From positions 1,899-65,898 of the forward strand of contig CAZIOX010000006.1 in NCBI GenBank assembly GCA_964541145.1: a stretch of DNA of 64,000 nt, given 5' to 3'. Position 1 is the stretch's first letter. Each line of letters opens with the position of its first letter. The notes beneath the pieces were generated by a model that was not told the origin of the DNA, did not search any database, and was given only the letters and a program-made list of their open reading frames with translations. The translations under genes were made by a program, and so were the position numbers. Shown piece after piece: positions 18,485 to 27,779 of this stretch. Source of the stretch: an uncultured Candidatus Saccharibacteria bacterium. GTDB lineage: Bacteria > Patescibacteriota > Saccharimonadia > Saccharimonadales > UBA4665.

Positions 18485-19691
18485 CCAACGTGCCATAGTA
18501 CTGTACCTGCACGTCCACCAGCCCTACCGTGTGCGCCACTACACCATTTTTGACGCTGGCCGAAACCATGATTATTTCGACGCTCCAGCTGGTAGCCGCG
18601 AGTCAAACGCCGACATTGTGCGCAAAGTTGCACACAAGTCGTACGTCCCGACAAACCAGCGTTTACTCCGCATGCTGCACGAAAACCCCGCGTTCAAAGT
18701 ATCACTTTCTATCACCGGCACGGTACTTGAGCAGTTTGAACGGTATGCCCCCGATGTGCTCGCTAGTTTTCAGGAGCTCGTCGGTACTGGTCGTGTCGAG
18801 ATTGTCGCCGAAACGTACCATCACTCGCTGGCGTTTTTCTACAACCGCGACGAGTTTGAGGCACAGGTTGCCATGCACCGTGATATTATTCAGCGCTTGT
18901 TCGGCCTCACGCCCACCGCGTTTCGCAACACTGAGCTCAGCTACAACAACGATCTAGCCTACTGGGCAGACAAAGCGGGCTACAAGGCGATTTTGAGTGA
19001 AGGTTGGGATCCGGTACTGGGCTGGCGCAGTCCAAACTTCCTCTACCGTCCAGCGTATACCGAACACATCAAGCTTCTAACCAAAAACTACAAGCTAAGC
19101 GACGATATCGCCTTCCGTTTTAGCAACACTGCCTGGGAGGAACATCCTCTGACCGTCGACAAATTTATGTCCTGGACAAACGCGTCGTGGGAGCAGCCAC
19201 TCCTCAACCTGTTTATGGATTACGAAACGTTCGGTGAACACCAGTGGGAAGACAGCGGTATTTTTGACTTTCTCGAACACCTACCGAAGACATGGCTCGG
19301 CGTCGAAGGCCATACCTTCATGACTGTAACTGAAGCGGCCGAACACTTTGAACCCGCCGACACCATCGATTGCCCCCAGACGATTACCTGGGCAGATAAC
19401 GAACGTGATCTAACCGCCTGGCTCGGCAACTCTATGCAGCAAGGTGCCATACATAGTCTGTACGCCTTGGGTGAACAAATTACAGCTAGCCAAGACCTCG
19501 CACTGATCGAAGATTGGCGGAAGCTCCAAACGAGCGACCATTTCTACTACATGTGCACCAAATGGTTTAGCGATGGCGATGTCCATGCCTATTTCAGCCC
19601 ATATGCGTCGCCATACGAAGCGTATATTGCATTCATGAACGCCTATCATGACCTCAAATACCGTCTGGCCGAGAAAGGCATGGCAGTTTGA
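18477..19691 (+). CDS. Glycoside hydrolase family 57 (alpha-amylase/branching-enzyme-like)
   Basis: I moved the start to ATG 18477 (MPNQRAIVLYLHVHQPYR), which has an AGAGAGG SD and overlaps the previous gene by 8 nt. GH57-like blocks are HQPYR, FRNTELSY and MDYETFGEHQW. Confidence 0.75.
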   Translation: MPNQRAIVLYLHVHQPYRVRHYTIFDAGRNHDYFDAPAGSRESNADIVRKVAHKSYVPTNQRLLRMLHENPAFKVSLSITGTVLEQFERYAPDVLASFQELVGTGRVEIVAETYHHSLAFFYNRDEFEAQVAMHRDIIQRLFGLTPTAFRNTELSYNNDLAYWADKAGYKAILSEGWDPVLGWRSPNFLYRPAYTEHIKLLTKNYKLSDDIAFRFSNTAWEEHPLTVDKFMSWTNASWEQPLLNLFMDYETFGEHQWEDSGIFDFLEHLPKTWLGVEGHTFMTVTEAAEHFEPADTIDCPQTITWADNERDLTAWLGNSMQQGAIHSLYALGEQITASQDLALIEDWRKLQTSDHFYYMCTKWFSDGDVHAYFSPYASPYEAYIAFMNAYHDLKYRLAEKGMAV

Positions 19692-19790
19692 TGGCACGAG
19701 GGTGGCAGTGTTCTCTGGCTACTTTCGCCCTTTGGTGGACGCCACGTCGCAACGCAATCATACAACGTAATATAGAGAGGAGCCTTTCCC

Positions 19791-21722
19791 ATGGGTAGAC
19801 CTGTTATGCTCGGCAATGGCAGCCTCACCGTTGGTCTCAACGAACGGGGTCTTGTGCACGATTTTTATTATCCCTATGTCGGACTCGACAATCTGACGAC
19901 GGCACGAAGTACCCATCACAAGATTGGTGTGTATGTCGACGATCAATTTAGCTGGGTTGATGACCACAATTGGGAGCCAAGTGTCGACTTTGACACCGAC
20001 GCGCTGATCAGCCGAATTATCTTGCGAAACCCTTCTCTCCAAGTAGAACTAGAACTCCATGACTTCGTCGATCCCGAGTTCAACGCCTTTTGTCGGAAAG
20101 TTTTCGTGCGAAACCAGATAGACCAGACCCGTACCATCCGTGTCTTTTTTCACCAGGTGTTTGAAATATCACGAGGCGGCCGCGGCGACACTGCCCTGTA
20201 CGTACCCGATGGCAACTATTTGCTCGACTACAAAGGCCGCTGTAGCCTGCTCGTCTACAGCCAGACGGCCGACGGAGAAGCATTCGATCAGTACTCGGTC
20301 GGCAACTATGCTATCGAAGGTAAAGAAGGCACCTGGAAGGACGCTGAAGATGGCGAGCTCACCAATAACCCCATCGAGCATGGCGGTGTCGATTCTGTCA
20401 TTGCCAACACCCTTTCTATCCAGCCGCAATCAACTATGATCATCAACTACTGGGTCGTTGCGTCTGACTCGCAATACTCGGCTGAGCGCATCCATTTCCA
20501 GATTTTAAACCATGGCATGAACGCTCGCCTCGATAAAACCAAAGATTACTGGGCGGAATGGCTCTCCCAAGCCAACACTTCCATGGCAAACAGTCCTGAA
20601 CGAGACCTCAATGCTGTCAAAAAATCACTGATGGTTATCAAAGCGCACACTGATCGACGTGGCGGCATTATCGCCAGTTGTGACTCAAGCATATATAACT
20701 ACGGCCGGGACTACTACAGCTATGTCTGGCCTCGCGACGGCGCCTATGCCATGTGGCCGCTCATACGACTCGGTTACACTGAAGAGCCGAAAAAGTTTTT
20801 TGAATTTTGTCGCGACATCATGCACCCCGACGGTTACATGATGCACAAATATCAGCCCGATAAGGCCATCGGCAGTACCTGGCACCCGCTCATGCATGGC
20901 AAACGAGCCGAGTTGGCCATTCAAGAAGACGAGACCGCCATCGTTATTTTCATGCTGTCAGAGTTCTACAACGAAATCGGCGACCTAGATTTCGTCTCCT
21001 CTCTGTACACCACCCTCATCCAGCCAATGGCAAACTTTATGGCTGACTACATGGATGAGGAAACGGGCTTGCCCCACGCCAGCTACGACCTATGGGAAGA
21101 GAAATTCGCCACCCACACGTACACTGTCGCACTGACGCACCGTGCGCTCTTAGAAGCTGCTAATTTTGCTGATATGTTTGAGTATCCTGATAACGCGGTG
21201 CGTTGGCGTGAAACAGCCGAAAAAATCGCTCGTAACAGCGACATCTTCTTTGACCCCGAGAGACAGGCCTTCCGAAAAAGCTTTTTGCTCCAGCCAGATG
21301 GCTCACTCAGCTTTGACAACACGCTGGATATCTCAAGCGCATTTGGCGTCATGACGTACGCTCCTGCAACGTTTGGCAAAGAGCGCCTCCATAGTACCGT
21401 TAAGCTCATTGAAGAAACACTGCTCGACATTGCACCATCCGGCGGAACGTCTCGCTACGAACACGACCAGTACTTTGTGAGTGATCCAGCTTACCAGGGC
21501 AACCCCTGGTTCGTTACGACACTCTGGATCGCCCAATATTATTGCCGGGTTCAGAAAGAGCCTCGTGCCGCCGAGATCGTCAACTGGGCTCTCAGCAACA
21601 CTACCCCTAGTGGTGTGCTGGCCGAGCAAATCAACCCGAACACGGGAGCACCGCTGTCAGTTTTGCCACTCGTGTGGAGCCACGCCGAACTCATCAACAC
21701 CATTCTCGATCTGAAAAAATAG
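19791..21722 (+). CDS. Glycoside hydrolase family 15 (glucoamylase/glucodextranase-like)
   Basis: YSYVWPRDGAYA and SYDLWEEKFATHTYT, matching the GH15 catalytic-region motifs. 643 aa. Confidence 0.8.
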   Translation: MGRPVMLGNGSLTVGLNERGLVHDFYYPYVGLDNLTTARSTHHKIGVYVDDQFSWVDDHNWEPSVDFDTDALISRIILRNPSLQVELELHDFVDPEFNAFCRKVFVRNQIDQTRTIRVFFHQVFEISRGGRGDTALYVPDGNYLLDYKGRCSLLVYSQTADGEAFDQYSVGNYAIEGKEGTWKDAEDGELTNNPIEHGGVDSVIANTLSIQPQSTMIINYWVVASDSQYSAERIHFQILNHGMNARLDKTKDYWAEWLSQANTSMANSPERDLNAVKKSLMVIKAHTDRRGGIIASCDSSIYNYGRDYYSYVWPRDGAYAMWPLIRLGYTEEPKKFFEFCRDIMHPDGYMMHKYQPDKAIGSTWHPLMHGKRAELAIQEDETAIVIFMLSEFYNEIGDLDFVSSLYTTLIQPMANFMADYMDEETGLPHASYDLWEEKFATHTYTVALTHRALLEAANFADMFEYPDNAVRWRETAEKIARNSDIFFDPERQAFRKSFLLQPDGSLSFDNTLDISSAFGVMTYAPATFGKERLHSTVKLIEETLLDIAPSGGTSRYEHDQYFVSDPAYQGNPWFVTTLWIAQYYCRVQKEPRAAEIVNWALSNTTPSGVLAEQINPNTGAPLSVLPLVWSHAELINTILDLKK

Positions 21723-21861
21723 TCCTGTCAGTGCGCGGCACGGCCAGGACTGCTCAAGCTAACTAAGAGGGCCGCCCAAACTCGGTGTACATACCAAGTC
21801 GAGGGGGCAAATACGTTATATTTACCCATGAGTACTTAGCTTAGCCATGCGCCCTGCATGC

Positions 21862-21890
21862 AAAAAACCAGGAGGCGCTCCTGGTTTTTT
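21862..21890. terminator. Bidirectional intrinsic terminator between GH15 and rpmG
   Basis: aaaaaa ccaggag gcg ctcctgg tttttt. Confidence 0.8.
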
Positions 21891-21914
21891 GCAGTGCGTA
21901 GACCTAAGTCTGAC

Positions 21915-22118
21915 TTATTTTTTCGGTTTTACTTCGTTACGACCAAGGTTTTTCTTAGTTTCAGTAAAGATAACGTGCTTTCGTAGCTTTTTGCTGTACT
22001 TGCGGAGACTCAGCTTTTCCGGAGTGTTCATAGTATTCTTGGATGTGTAATATATACGCTCACCAGACTCTTCACTCACGAGCCCGATAAGTTTACGTTT
22101 TTCACCTTTTTTTGCCAT
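21915..22118 (-). CDS. rpmG: 50S ribosomal protein L33, Cys-less form with C-terminal extension
   Basis: [56 protein letters not shown] matches the L33 pattern. The protein contains no Cys. Confidence 0.8.
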   Translation of the reverse strand: MAKKGEKRKLIGLVSEESGERIYYTSKNTMNTPEKLSLRKYSKKLRKHVIFTETKKNLGRNEVKPKK

Positions 22119-22160
22119 ATCTGGTTCATTTTATCAGATATATGGTCGAATGTAAATAAA

Positions 22161-22185
22161 AATACCGAGTGATCAGCTCGGTATT
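22161..22185 (-). terminator. Hairpin plus U-tract downstream of tRNA-Thr(GGU)
   Basis: aataccgag / ctcggtatt form a 9-bp stem, and the minus strand continues TTTTATTT. It lies only about 40 nt upstream of rpmG. Confidence 0.45.
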
Positions 22186-22388
22186 ATTTATCCCCTGCAG
22201 GGAGGAGAATTTTTGCAAACGTTTCACTCTTGTTTAAGGAATGATAGGCTCGCTTCTGACAAAATCTGACCCGTTTTACCGTTTCAGCATGTCTCAGTAA
22301 GTGTTTTCGTTTTTACGCGACAATAGCTTACTAGTTCAAACATATCAAAGTACTTATGGTTTGTCAAGTACATTCCCAGGTAAGACCT

Positions 22389-22464
22389 TGGAGCCCCAAA
22401 CGGGATTCGAACCCGTGACCTCATCCTTACCATGGATGCGCTCTACCAACTGAGCTATCGGGGC
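22389..22464 (-). tRNA. trnT: tRNA-Thr (anticodon GGU), CCA encoded
   Basis: The reverse complement is GCCCCGATAGCTCAGTTGGTAGAGCGCATCCATGGTAAGGATGAGGTCACGGGTTCGAATCCCGTTTGGGGCTCCA. The cloverleaf is intact. Confidence 0.95.
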
Positions 22465-22533
22465 AAAAAAATTATGACTCATAAATAGTAGCAAAATCTT
22501 ACAGTTTTTGCTACACTTTGTATCTGAAAGCAT

Positions 22534-22610
22534 GCCACCTTAGCTCAGTTGGCCAGAGCGGCTGTTTTGTAAACAGCGGGTCGTGGGTTCGAATCCCTCA
22601 GGTGGCTCCA
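22534..22610 (+). tRNA. trnT: tRNA-Thr (anticodon UGU), CCA encoded
   Basis: GCCACCTTAGCTCAGTTGGCCAGAGCGGCTGTTTTGTAAACAGCGGGTCGTGGGTTCGAATCCCTCAGGTGGCTCCA. There is one U-U mismatch in the T stem. Confidence 0.9.
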
Positions 22611-22617
22611 TGTACAT

Positions 22618-22703
22618 GCAGGGTTAGTGAAGCGGTCAAACACGACAGACTGTAAATCTGTTGGCTTATGCCTTCGTAGGTTCGAATCCTACACCCTGCA
22701 CCA
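22618..22703 (+). tRNA. trnY: tRNA-Tyr (anticodon GUA), long variable arm, CCA encoded
   Basis: GCAGGGTTAGTGAAGCGGTCAAACACGACAGACTGTAAATCTGTTGGCTTATGCCTTCGTAGGTTCGAATCCTACACCCTGCACCA. Confidence 0.95.
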
Positions 22704-23044
22704 GCATCTTTTTGTCTACGTAGTAGATGAAAAGTTGCTGGAGCGGGCTGGAGGATGAGAACCGTACGGCGGAGCCGAGGTTCGTACAGGTGTGAGCGTG
22801 CAGGAGCTTGCTCCGAAAAGCGAATACCGTGCGAGCGAAGCGAATCCTACACCCTGCACCAGCATCTTTTTGTCTACGTAGTAGATGAAAAGTTGCTGGA
22901 GCGGGCTGGAGGATGAGAACCGTACGGCGGAGCCGAGGTTCGTACAGGTGTGAGCGTGCAGGAGCTTGCTCCGAAAAGCGAATACCGTGCGAGCGAAGCG
23001 AATCCTACACCCTGCACCAGCATCTTTTTGTCTACGTAGTAGAT
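22683..23044. repeat. Perfect tandem repeat, 158-bp unit, about 2.3 copies, beginning inside the T-loop of tRNA-Tyr
   Basis: Units start at 22683, 22841 and 22999 (the last is partial and ends near 23044). Each starts with cgaatcctacaccctgcacca, which is the last 21 nt of tRNA-Tyr. Copies 1 and 2 are identical by eye. Confidence 0.95.
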
Positions 23045-23240
23045 AAAGTCTATAAATATACCGCCCACTTTGCCGCAATCTTAAGCAAAGAGTCATGTGG
23101 GCACTGACGAATGAAATCGAATTATGTACCGTTCTACTGTACGTCGAAAGATTTATACCAAGGTACAAGGCACACCAATGCCGGTCGTAACTACTGCCGA
23201 TATTCCTTCGGGAAACGAAATAATCGCCATGAGCTGCTAA

Positions 23241-23894
23241 TCAGATAACAACTTTACGTGGACGGAGAATTCGACGGGGTTTACCGGATGGTACGATAAG
23301 CTTTTTGAGTTTTTCTGCGATTTCCTCTGCCTCGGCGTCCATACCGCGTTCGGCATAAGCTTTTTGTAGTAACGAATACGTTTCCTGATTGGGTTCCAGG
23401 TCTACCGCGCGTTTCAGGGCGTCGAACATCAGTTTTTCATTACCAAGCTTTTCACTCACTTTGGCGTACGCAACATGCCGCGCCGCGAGGTTTTCCTCTA
23501 GTTTTAGCGCTTGCTCAAAGGCAATCCCCGCTTTTTCATAATTTTCCGTTTCATAGTAGATGAGTCCAAGGTTGTGCAGGCTCGAGGGCGTCGCCTCTAT
23601 GCTGCTGGCTATCTCAAAACAGTCTATGGCGTCACGAAACTCTTTTTGCTTGGCATACAGTATACCGAGCCGGTTATAGGCGGCGGCGTTTTTTTCGTCA
23701 ATCTTCAGAATGGTCAGCAGTGCTTTCTCGGCGCGCAAGAAACGGTTTTCCCGCATACCTTGATGGGCAATATCCCACAATTTGCCAATTCTATCGCCGA
23801 CGCGCTTGGAAATATCACTATCTTCCTCGGCCTTTTTACGAGTGTGGAAGAGTCCCATAAAACCAAATGCGCTAACTAGTAAAAGCTCATACAC
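23241..23894 (-). CDS. TPR-repeat protein with N-terminal TM helix
   Basis: The N-terminal helix is MYELLLVSAFGFMGLF, followed by about five TPR-like 34-aa units (e.g. AAYNRLGILYAKQKEFRDAIDCFEIA). Confidence 0.7.
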   Translation of the reverse strand: MYELLLVSAFGFMGLFHTRKKAEEDSDISKRVGDRIGKLWDIAHQGMRENRFLRAEKALLTILKIDEKNAAAYNRLGILYAKQKEFRDAIDCFEIASSIEATPSSLHNLGLIYYETENYEKAGIAFEQALKLEENLAARHVAYAKVSEKLGNEKLMFDALKRAVDLEPNQETYSLLQKAYAERGMDAEAEEIAEKLKKLIVPSGKPRRILRPRKVVI

Positions 23895-24047
23895 AATGCG
23901 TACAGTATACCATACCCTCCCAACACGTCATTTCTCTGGACTAGACCACAAACGAGACGCTCTCTCGACCCCTGAATGTCGCCAGTTCACCGGTAGCTCT
24001 ATCCGCCACGCAATCCCGCAGCTAGCCAAAGACCAAGCACCGCACGA

Positions 24048-24917
24048 TTAGAGGCTCAGCAGTAGCTCATCGAGCACCAGTTTCGTATTTGCGTTTTTAG
24101 CCAAGCTGTCTTCTGCTACCAACGCTGCCCGCTGGACTTTCTCCCATCGCTGCACCTTGGCACCATCTGTACTTTGAACGCTCTGGGATAGCCCGGCCGC
24201 AGTTATCTTTAGCAGTGTTTGTACAAACTCACGCGCAGCTGCTTTATCCTTCAATACACCATCCACTAGTGTCAGTCGCTCAAAAACAGGTGATGACAGC
24301 GCCCGTTTGACGATATCGACTGGGAGTTTTTCACTCGACATCTCGCCGCTCAGCACTGCCCGCAGCGCCGAAATATCATCCCCCGCCAGCGCTTGTGCCC
24401 GAGTTACCTCTGCCGTAGAAAATCCCTGAGCAACAAAATATGTCGCGACATCAGCCGCTTCAGGCGCTAGAACCAATAGCCGTTGCACGCGCGAAAGAAT
24501 AGTTGGCAGAAGCTGAGCGGGTCGAGACGATGTCAAGATATAGACGGTTCCAAGCGGTGGTTCTTCGAGCAACTTTAGGAGAGCGTTCTGCGCTTCTCGG
24601 GTCATCATGTCGGCGTCCTGGAGAATGATTACACGGTTTATCTGGCTGTTAGACGGTACCTTCAAGCTCACAAATTGCTGAATTTCCCGGATGGCGGCAA
24701 TCGGTATTGCTCCGTCAACTGGCACGATAATTTTGCAGTAGGCATGCTGGTCGGTTTGTTCGGGCACAGTCTTCAGCAGTGAGACAGCGAGCTGACGCGC
24801 CAGCAAGGTTTTGCCAATCCCTTTTTTACCCGTTAACAGGGTTGCCTGAGATGGCGTCGCGCGATATTGATCGCAGGCTATAGCGGTGCGCTGGTGGAGG
24901 AGTAAGTCACTATTCAC
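24048..24917 (-). CDS. holB: DNA polymerase III delta' subunit (clamp-loader AAA+)
   Basis: LLTGKKGIGKTLLA (P-loop-like), DADMMTREAQNALLKLLEEPP and PTILSRV. Confidence 0.8.
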   Translation of the reverse strand: MNSDLLLHQRTAIACDQYRATPSQATLLTGKKGIGKTLLARQLAVSLLKTVPEQTDQHAYCKIIVPVDGAIPIAAIREIQQFVSLKVPSNSQINRVIILQDADMMTREAQNALLKLLEEPPLGTVYILTSSRPAQLLPTILSRVQRLLVLAPEAADVATYFVAQGFSTAEVTRAQALAGDDISALRAVLSGEMSSEKLPVDIVKRALSSPVFERLTLVDGVLKDKAAAREFVQTLLKITAAGLSQSVQSTDGAKVQRWEKVQRAALVAEDSLAKNANTKLVLDELLLSL

Positions 24918-25780
24918 GCCTCTACCTTTTCGCGAAAACTTGGTGGTGTTGGTACGCTAAACACTTTTCTTTCGTGTGTCACTGGCAGCGTACATTCGAG
25001 GGCATGCGCGTGCAAAAACATCCGGCCAGATGACTCTCCACCGTAGAGCACATCGCCGACGATCGGATGACCCTGGTGTGCCAGATGCACCCGGAGCTGG
25101 TGCGTCCGGCCAGTTTCTGGCTTGAGCTCGACTAGACTATAGCGGCCATCGGTAGATTCGGCGATTGTCCGGTAGACGGTAATAGCTGACTTTCCTTGAT
25201 TACCGACGCGAAACGTAGCTGGCGCTTTGGGATTGCGCTCGATAGGCATATCGATAACAGCTTCTATAGGATTCATGCGCCCTGCGACTACGGCATGGTA
25301 GGTCTTCTTTGTGCGACGCTGCGCAAACTGTTTTTGCAGCCAGCTGAGGGCTTCTGAAGTCTTGGCACAGATCATTACGCCACTGGTCGCTCGGTCAAGC
25401 CGATGAACAATACCTGCTCTACTGCCGTCCATATCTTTCAGTCGTGAACGAAGCCATGTTGCAACGGTGGGCTCTGGGTTGAAGACGCCTTTACTGTGGG
25501 TCAGTAGGCCGACGGGTTTGTTTACTACAACACAGTTGTCATCTTCGTATATTGTCTCGAGTTCAATGTCAGGAATCTGCGATTCAGCTGCCTCGTCGTA
25601 CTGAACTGTCACTACATCATCCGGCCGGAGTTTGTAGCCTACCTTCACCTGGGAACGGCCGTTTACAGAGACGCGTTCCGTCTCGATGAGTTTTGCTGCA
25701 TAGGCACGGCTCAGCTGCGGCAACATCGTCACCACCCGCTGATCCAACCGCTCTGCCCGACTCACTTCAAGATTTGACAT
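24914..25780 (-). CDS. rluD: RluA-family 23S rRNA pseudouridine synthase (RluD-like) with S4 domain
   Basis: I moved the start to ATG 25780 (MSNLEVSRAERLD). Supporting motifs are HRLDRATSGVMICAKT and GRTHQLRVHLAHQGHPIVGD. Confidence 0.8.
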   Translation of the reverse strand: MSNLEVSRAERLDQRVVTMLPQLSRAYAAKLIETERVSVNGRSQVKVGYKLRPDDVVTVQYDEAAESQIPDIELETIYEDDNCVVVNKPVGLLTHSKGVFNPEPTVATWLRSRLKDMDGSRAGIVHRLDRATSGVMICAKTSEALSWLQKQFAQRRTKKTYHAVVAGRMNPIEAVIDMPIERNPKAPATFRVGNQGKSAITVYRTIAESTDGRYSLVELKPETGRTHQLRVHLAHQGHPIVGDVLYGGESSGRMFLHAHALECTLPVTHERKVFSVPTPPSFREKVEA

Positions 25781-26159
25781 GCTTGTCCTTACTCTCACAA
25801 CACCAGAGATATGTATAGTCGTCATGAAACGGATCATGATCTGGAGACACTCCATGTTCAGCATCCGTTTTGTCGACAGCCTCACATAGATAGCCGATAG
25901 GTTCTTTAATGGCGCGAGTTGATTTCAACATATCTAGTACCATAGATGGCGTTAAGTTGCGGTCATCGTCAAATAGAAGATACGTAAGCCCATTTGAGCC
26001 AAAACAATACAAGCGGCTTGAAAATTGAACCGTATCAATCCAACCAATATTTGAAACAGATGATTTATGTATCTTTTCAGGTGTGATGAAATATTGCGCC
26101 ATTTCTGAAACATACTCAGAGTCTATAAGCCAATCCGTTTCAGTTATTATTATTTCCAT
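25767..26159 (-). CDS. Hypothetical protein, 130 aa, in a locally AT-rich segment
   Basis: The ORF is intact and overlaps the rluD start by 14 nt. The segment FGSNGLTYLLFDDD is faintly reminiscent of SUKH/SMI1-type immunity proteins, but this is a weak match made by eye only. Confidence 0.5.
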   Translation of the reverse strand: MEIIITETDWLIDSEYVSEMAQYFITPEKIHKSSVSNIGWIDTVQFSSRLYCFGSNGLTYLLFDDDRNLTPSMVLDMLKSTRAIKEPIGYLCEAVDKTDAEHGVSPDHDPFHDDYTYLWCCESKDKHVKS

Positions 26160-26185
26160 AGTGACATTTTAACAGAGGTGAAGAT

Positions 26186-27235
26186 TTATCGTAAGCCGAC
26201 GGCTTGCTGAATGCGTAGCAGAGTACCGGTCGCAATGTCGTTCATGGCACTTTCGTCGGATTGCAGTTTTTGCATAAGAACAGCGTCATCTACCTGCGAT
26301 AATCTTTGCTGAAAACTTACTAGAAAATCATGTACCTGTTCTGCTACTTCTTTCTTTAGATCCCCATAGCTTTCTTGACCATCGTGATGTGCAGCGACTG
26401 CTTCAATGGTTTCCCCCGAAAGCAGCGCGTGGAGCTGCAGCAAATTTGAGATTCCGGGTTGGTTTTCGTAGTCTAGGTGTACGGCGCCGATACAATCGGT
26501 TGTAGCGCTCATAATCTTTTTGGCGGCGGCATCCGGAGTGTCGCCGAGGAAAATTATGCCCTTGCCGGACTCTCCACTTTTACTCATCTTTTTTGTAGGG
26601 TCTTGAAGGTCCTTGATACGAAGTCCTTGATCCTTACCAAAAAATTCGTGCTGTTTCTGCACTGGCTCTGGCACCACAAATAGCTGACCATTAAACTTAT
26701 TATTCATTCTTTCAGCTATATCCCGCGCAAATTCCAGATGCTGTGTTTGGTCATCTCCCACCGGCACATACTTTGCCCCGTACAGCAAAATATCTGCCGC
26801 CATCAGCACTGGGTAGTCGAACAGCCCAACACTGATCGTGTCATTACTTAGTCGAGCAGATTTATCCTTGTACTGCGTCATACGCTCTAGCTGACCCATG
26901 CCAACGAACGAGTTTAGTATCACCGTCAGTTCTGAGTGAGCCGGCACGTAGCTCTGGCGGTAGATGTGCACGCTGGGGTTATCGAGCGGAAGACCAGCAG
27001 CCGCGTACAGTCGCAGATTGTGCATAATCTGGCTCTGGAGCTGACTATGGTCTATGGGCGTGGTAAAACTGTGTAGGTCAGGCACAAAAAGATGTACCGT
27101 ATATTCATCTGATCGTTTGCGCGCCATGTCTATGAGCGGCAGTAGCGCCCCAAAATAGTTGCCAATGTGTAGGTCGTTGTTTGCCCGCAGGCCTGTCAGG
27201 ATAACTGGTTTACTCATTTCTCTAGTATACCTCAT
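26186..27235 (-). CDS. trpS: Tryptophan--tRNA ligase
   Basis: HIGH-type motif DLHIGNYFG and KMSKS motif KKMSKS. An alternative start is ATG 27217 (MSKPVILTG). Confidence 0.9.
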   Translation of the reverse strand: MRYTREMSKPVILTGLRANNDLHIGNYFGALLPLIDMARKRSDEYTVHLFVPDLHSFTTPIDHSQLQSQIMHNLRLYAAAGLPLDNPSVHIYRQSYVPAHSELTVILNSFVGMGQLERMTQYKDKSARLSNDTISVGLFDYPVLMAADILLYGAKYVPVGDDQTQHLEFARDIAERMNNKFNGQLFVVPEPVQKQHEFFGKDQGLRIKDLQDPTKKMSKSGESGKGIIFLGDTPDAAAKKIMSATTDCIGAVHLDYENQPGISNLLQLHALLSGETIEAVAAHHDGQESYGDLKKEVAEQVHDFLVSFQQRLSQVDDAVLMQKLQSDESAMNDIATGTLLRIQQAVGLR

Positions 27236-27453
27236 GCAACTACTTCTGGCTCAACAGATGTACACGCTGCAATGGCTTCAGAGCATGCGCCCAGGCCTGC
27301 TTCTGTCGCCTCTTTTTTGAATATCATACTCTCTAGGGCTATGCCGGCAGCTGCTGGTATAGAAAGATTGTAGCGCGCAATATCAAACTCGCTCCCGCAC
27401 CGTCTCACACCCTCCAAGATGGCTTCAGCAACTCTGAGGCATGGCTCTTTCAA
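27232..27453 (-). CDS. Doubtful small ORF (73 codons, TTG start)
   Basis: The ORF is open and ends in an ATGA overlap with trpS. It has no ATG start and no recognisable motif. Confidence 0.2.
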   Translation of the reverse strand: MKEPCLRVAEAILEGVRRCGSEFDIARYNLSIPAAAGIALESMIFKKEATEAGLGACSEAIAACTSVEPEVVA

Positions 27454-27743
27454 AGCCGACAGCGGGCACAGTTCACACTAAAGTAGAGTTCTTGTTTTTA
27501 TTTCATGCACAGTACGTGGTGTTTTCAGGGTATTACCTATCTTTTTAGAATTATTAAAACCGCCTGGGTGGCGGTCTCTTTCGTGGGTTCAAATTTTTCA
27601 GCGCACAGAACAGACCGCCACAGAAGTGTCGGTAAACCAATAGAAACTGTCCTGAATGGCTTTCATTTCTCTACCATACCTGCCAGGCCATAAAAAGGCA
27701 GCTCAAACTCCCAAAAACCCCCAAAGAAATTTCTCATAAAACA

Positions 27744-27779
27744 TCAAAATAGATTGTCCGGCCGGACAATCTATTTTGA
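27744..27779. terminator. 36-nt perfect palindrome in a gene-free gap
   Basis: tcaaaatagattgtccgg / ccggacaatctattttga. The arms carry a U-tract in both directions. Confidence 0.5.

Noticed and set aside
22750-22861. The repeat unit folding into a tRNA-like minihelix
   Set aside because: Only the 3' strands of the T stem and acceptor stem are duplicated. The complementary 5' strands (GTAGG, GCAGGGT) are not present in the 137-nt unit.
22683-23044. CRISPR array
   Set aside because: The units are 158 bp long, directly abutting and fully identical. There is no short-repeat/unique-spacer structure and there are no cas genes.
22716-23168. 150-aa and 64-aa minus-strand ORFs (22716..23168 and 22874..23068), plus the 22913..23107 plus-strand ORF
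   Set aside because: They lie entirely within the perfect 158-bp tandem repeat and partly within tRNA-Tyr-derived sequence. Their internally repeated peptides are a by-product of the DNA repeat, and no start context supports them.
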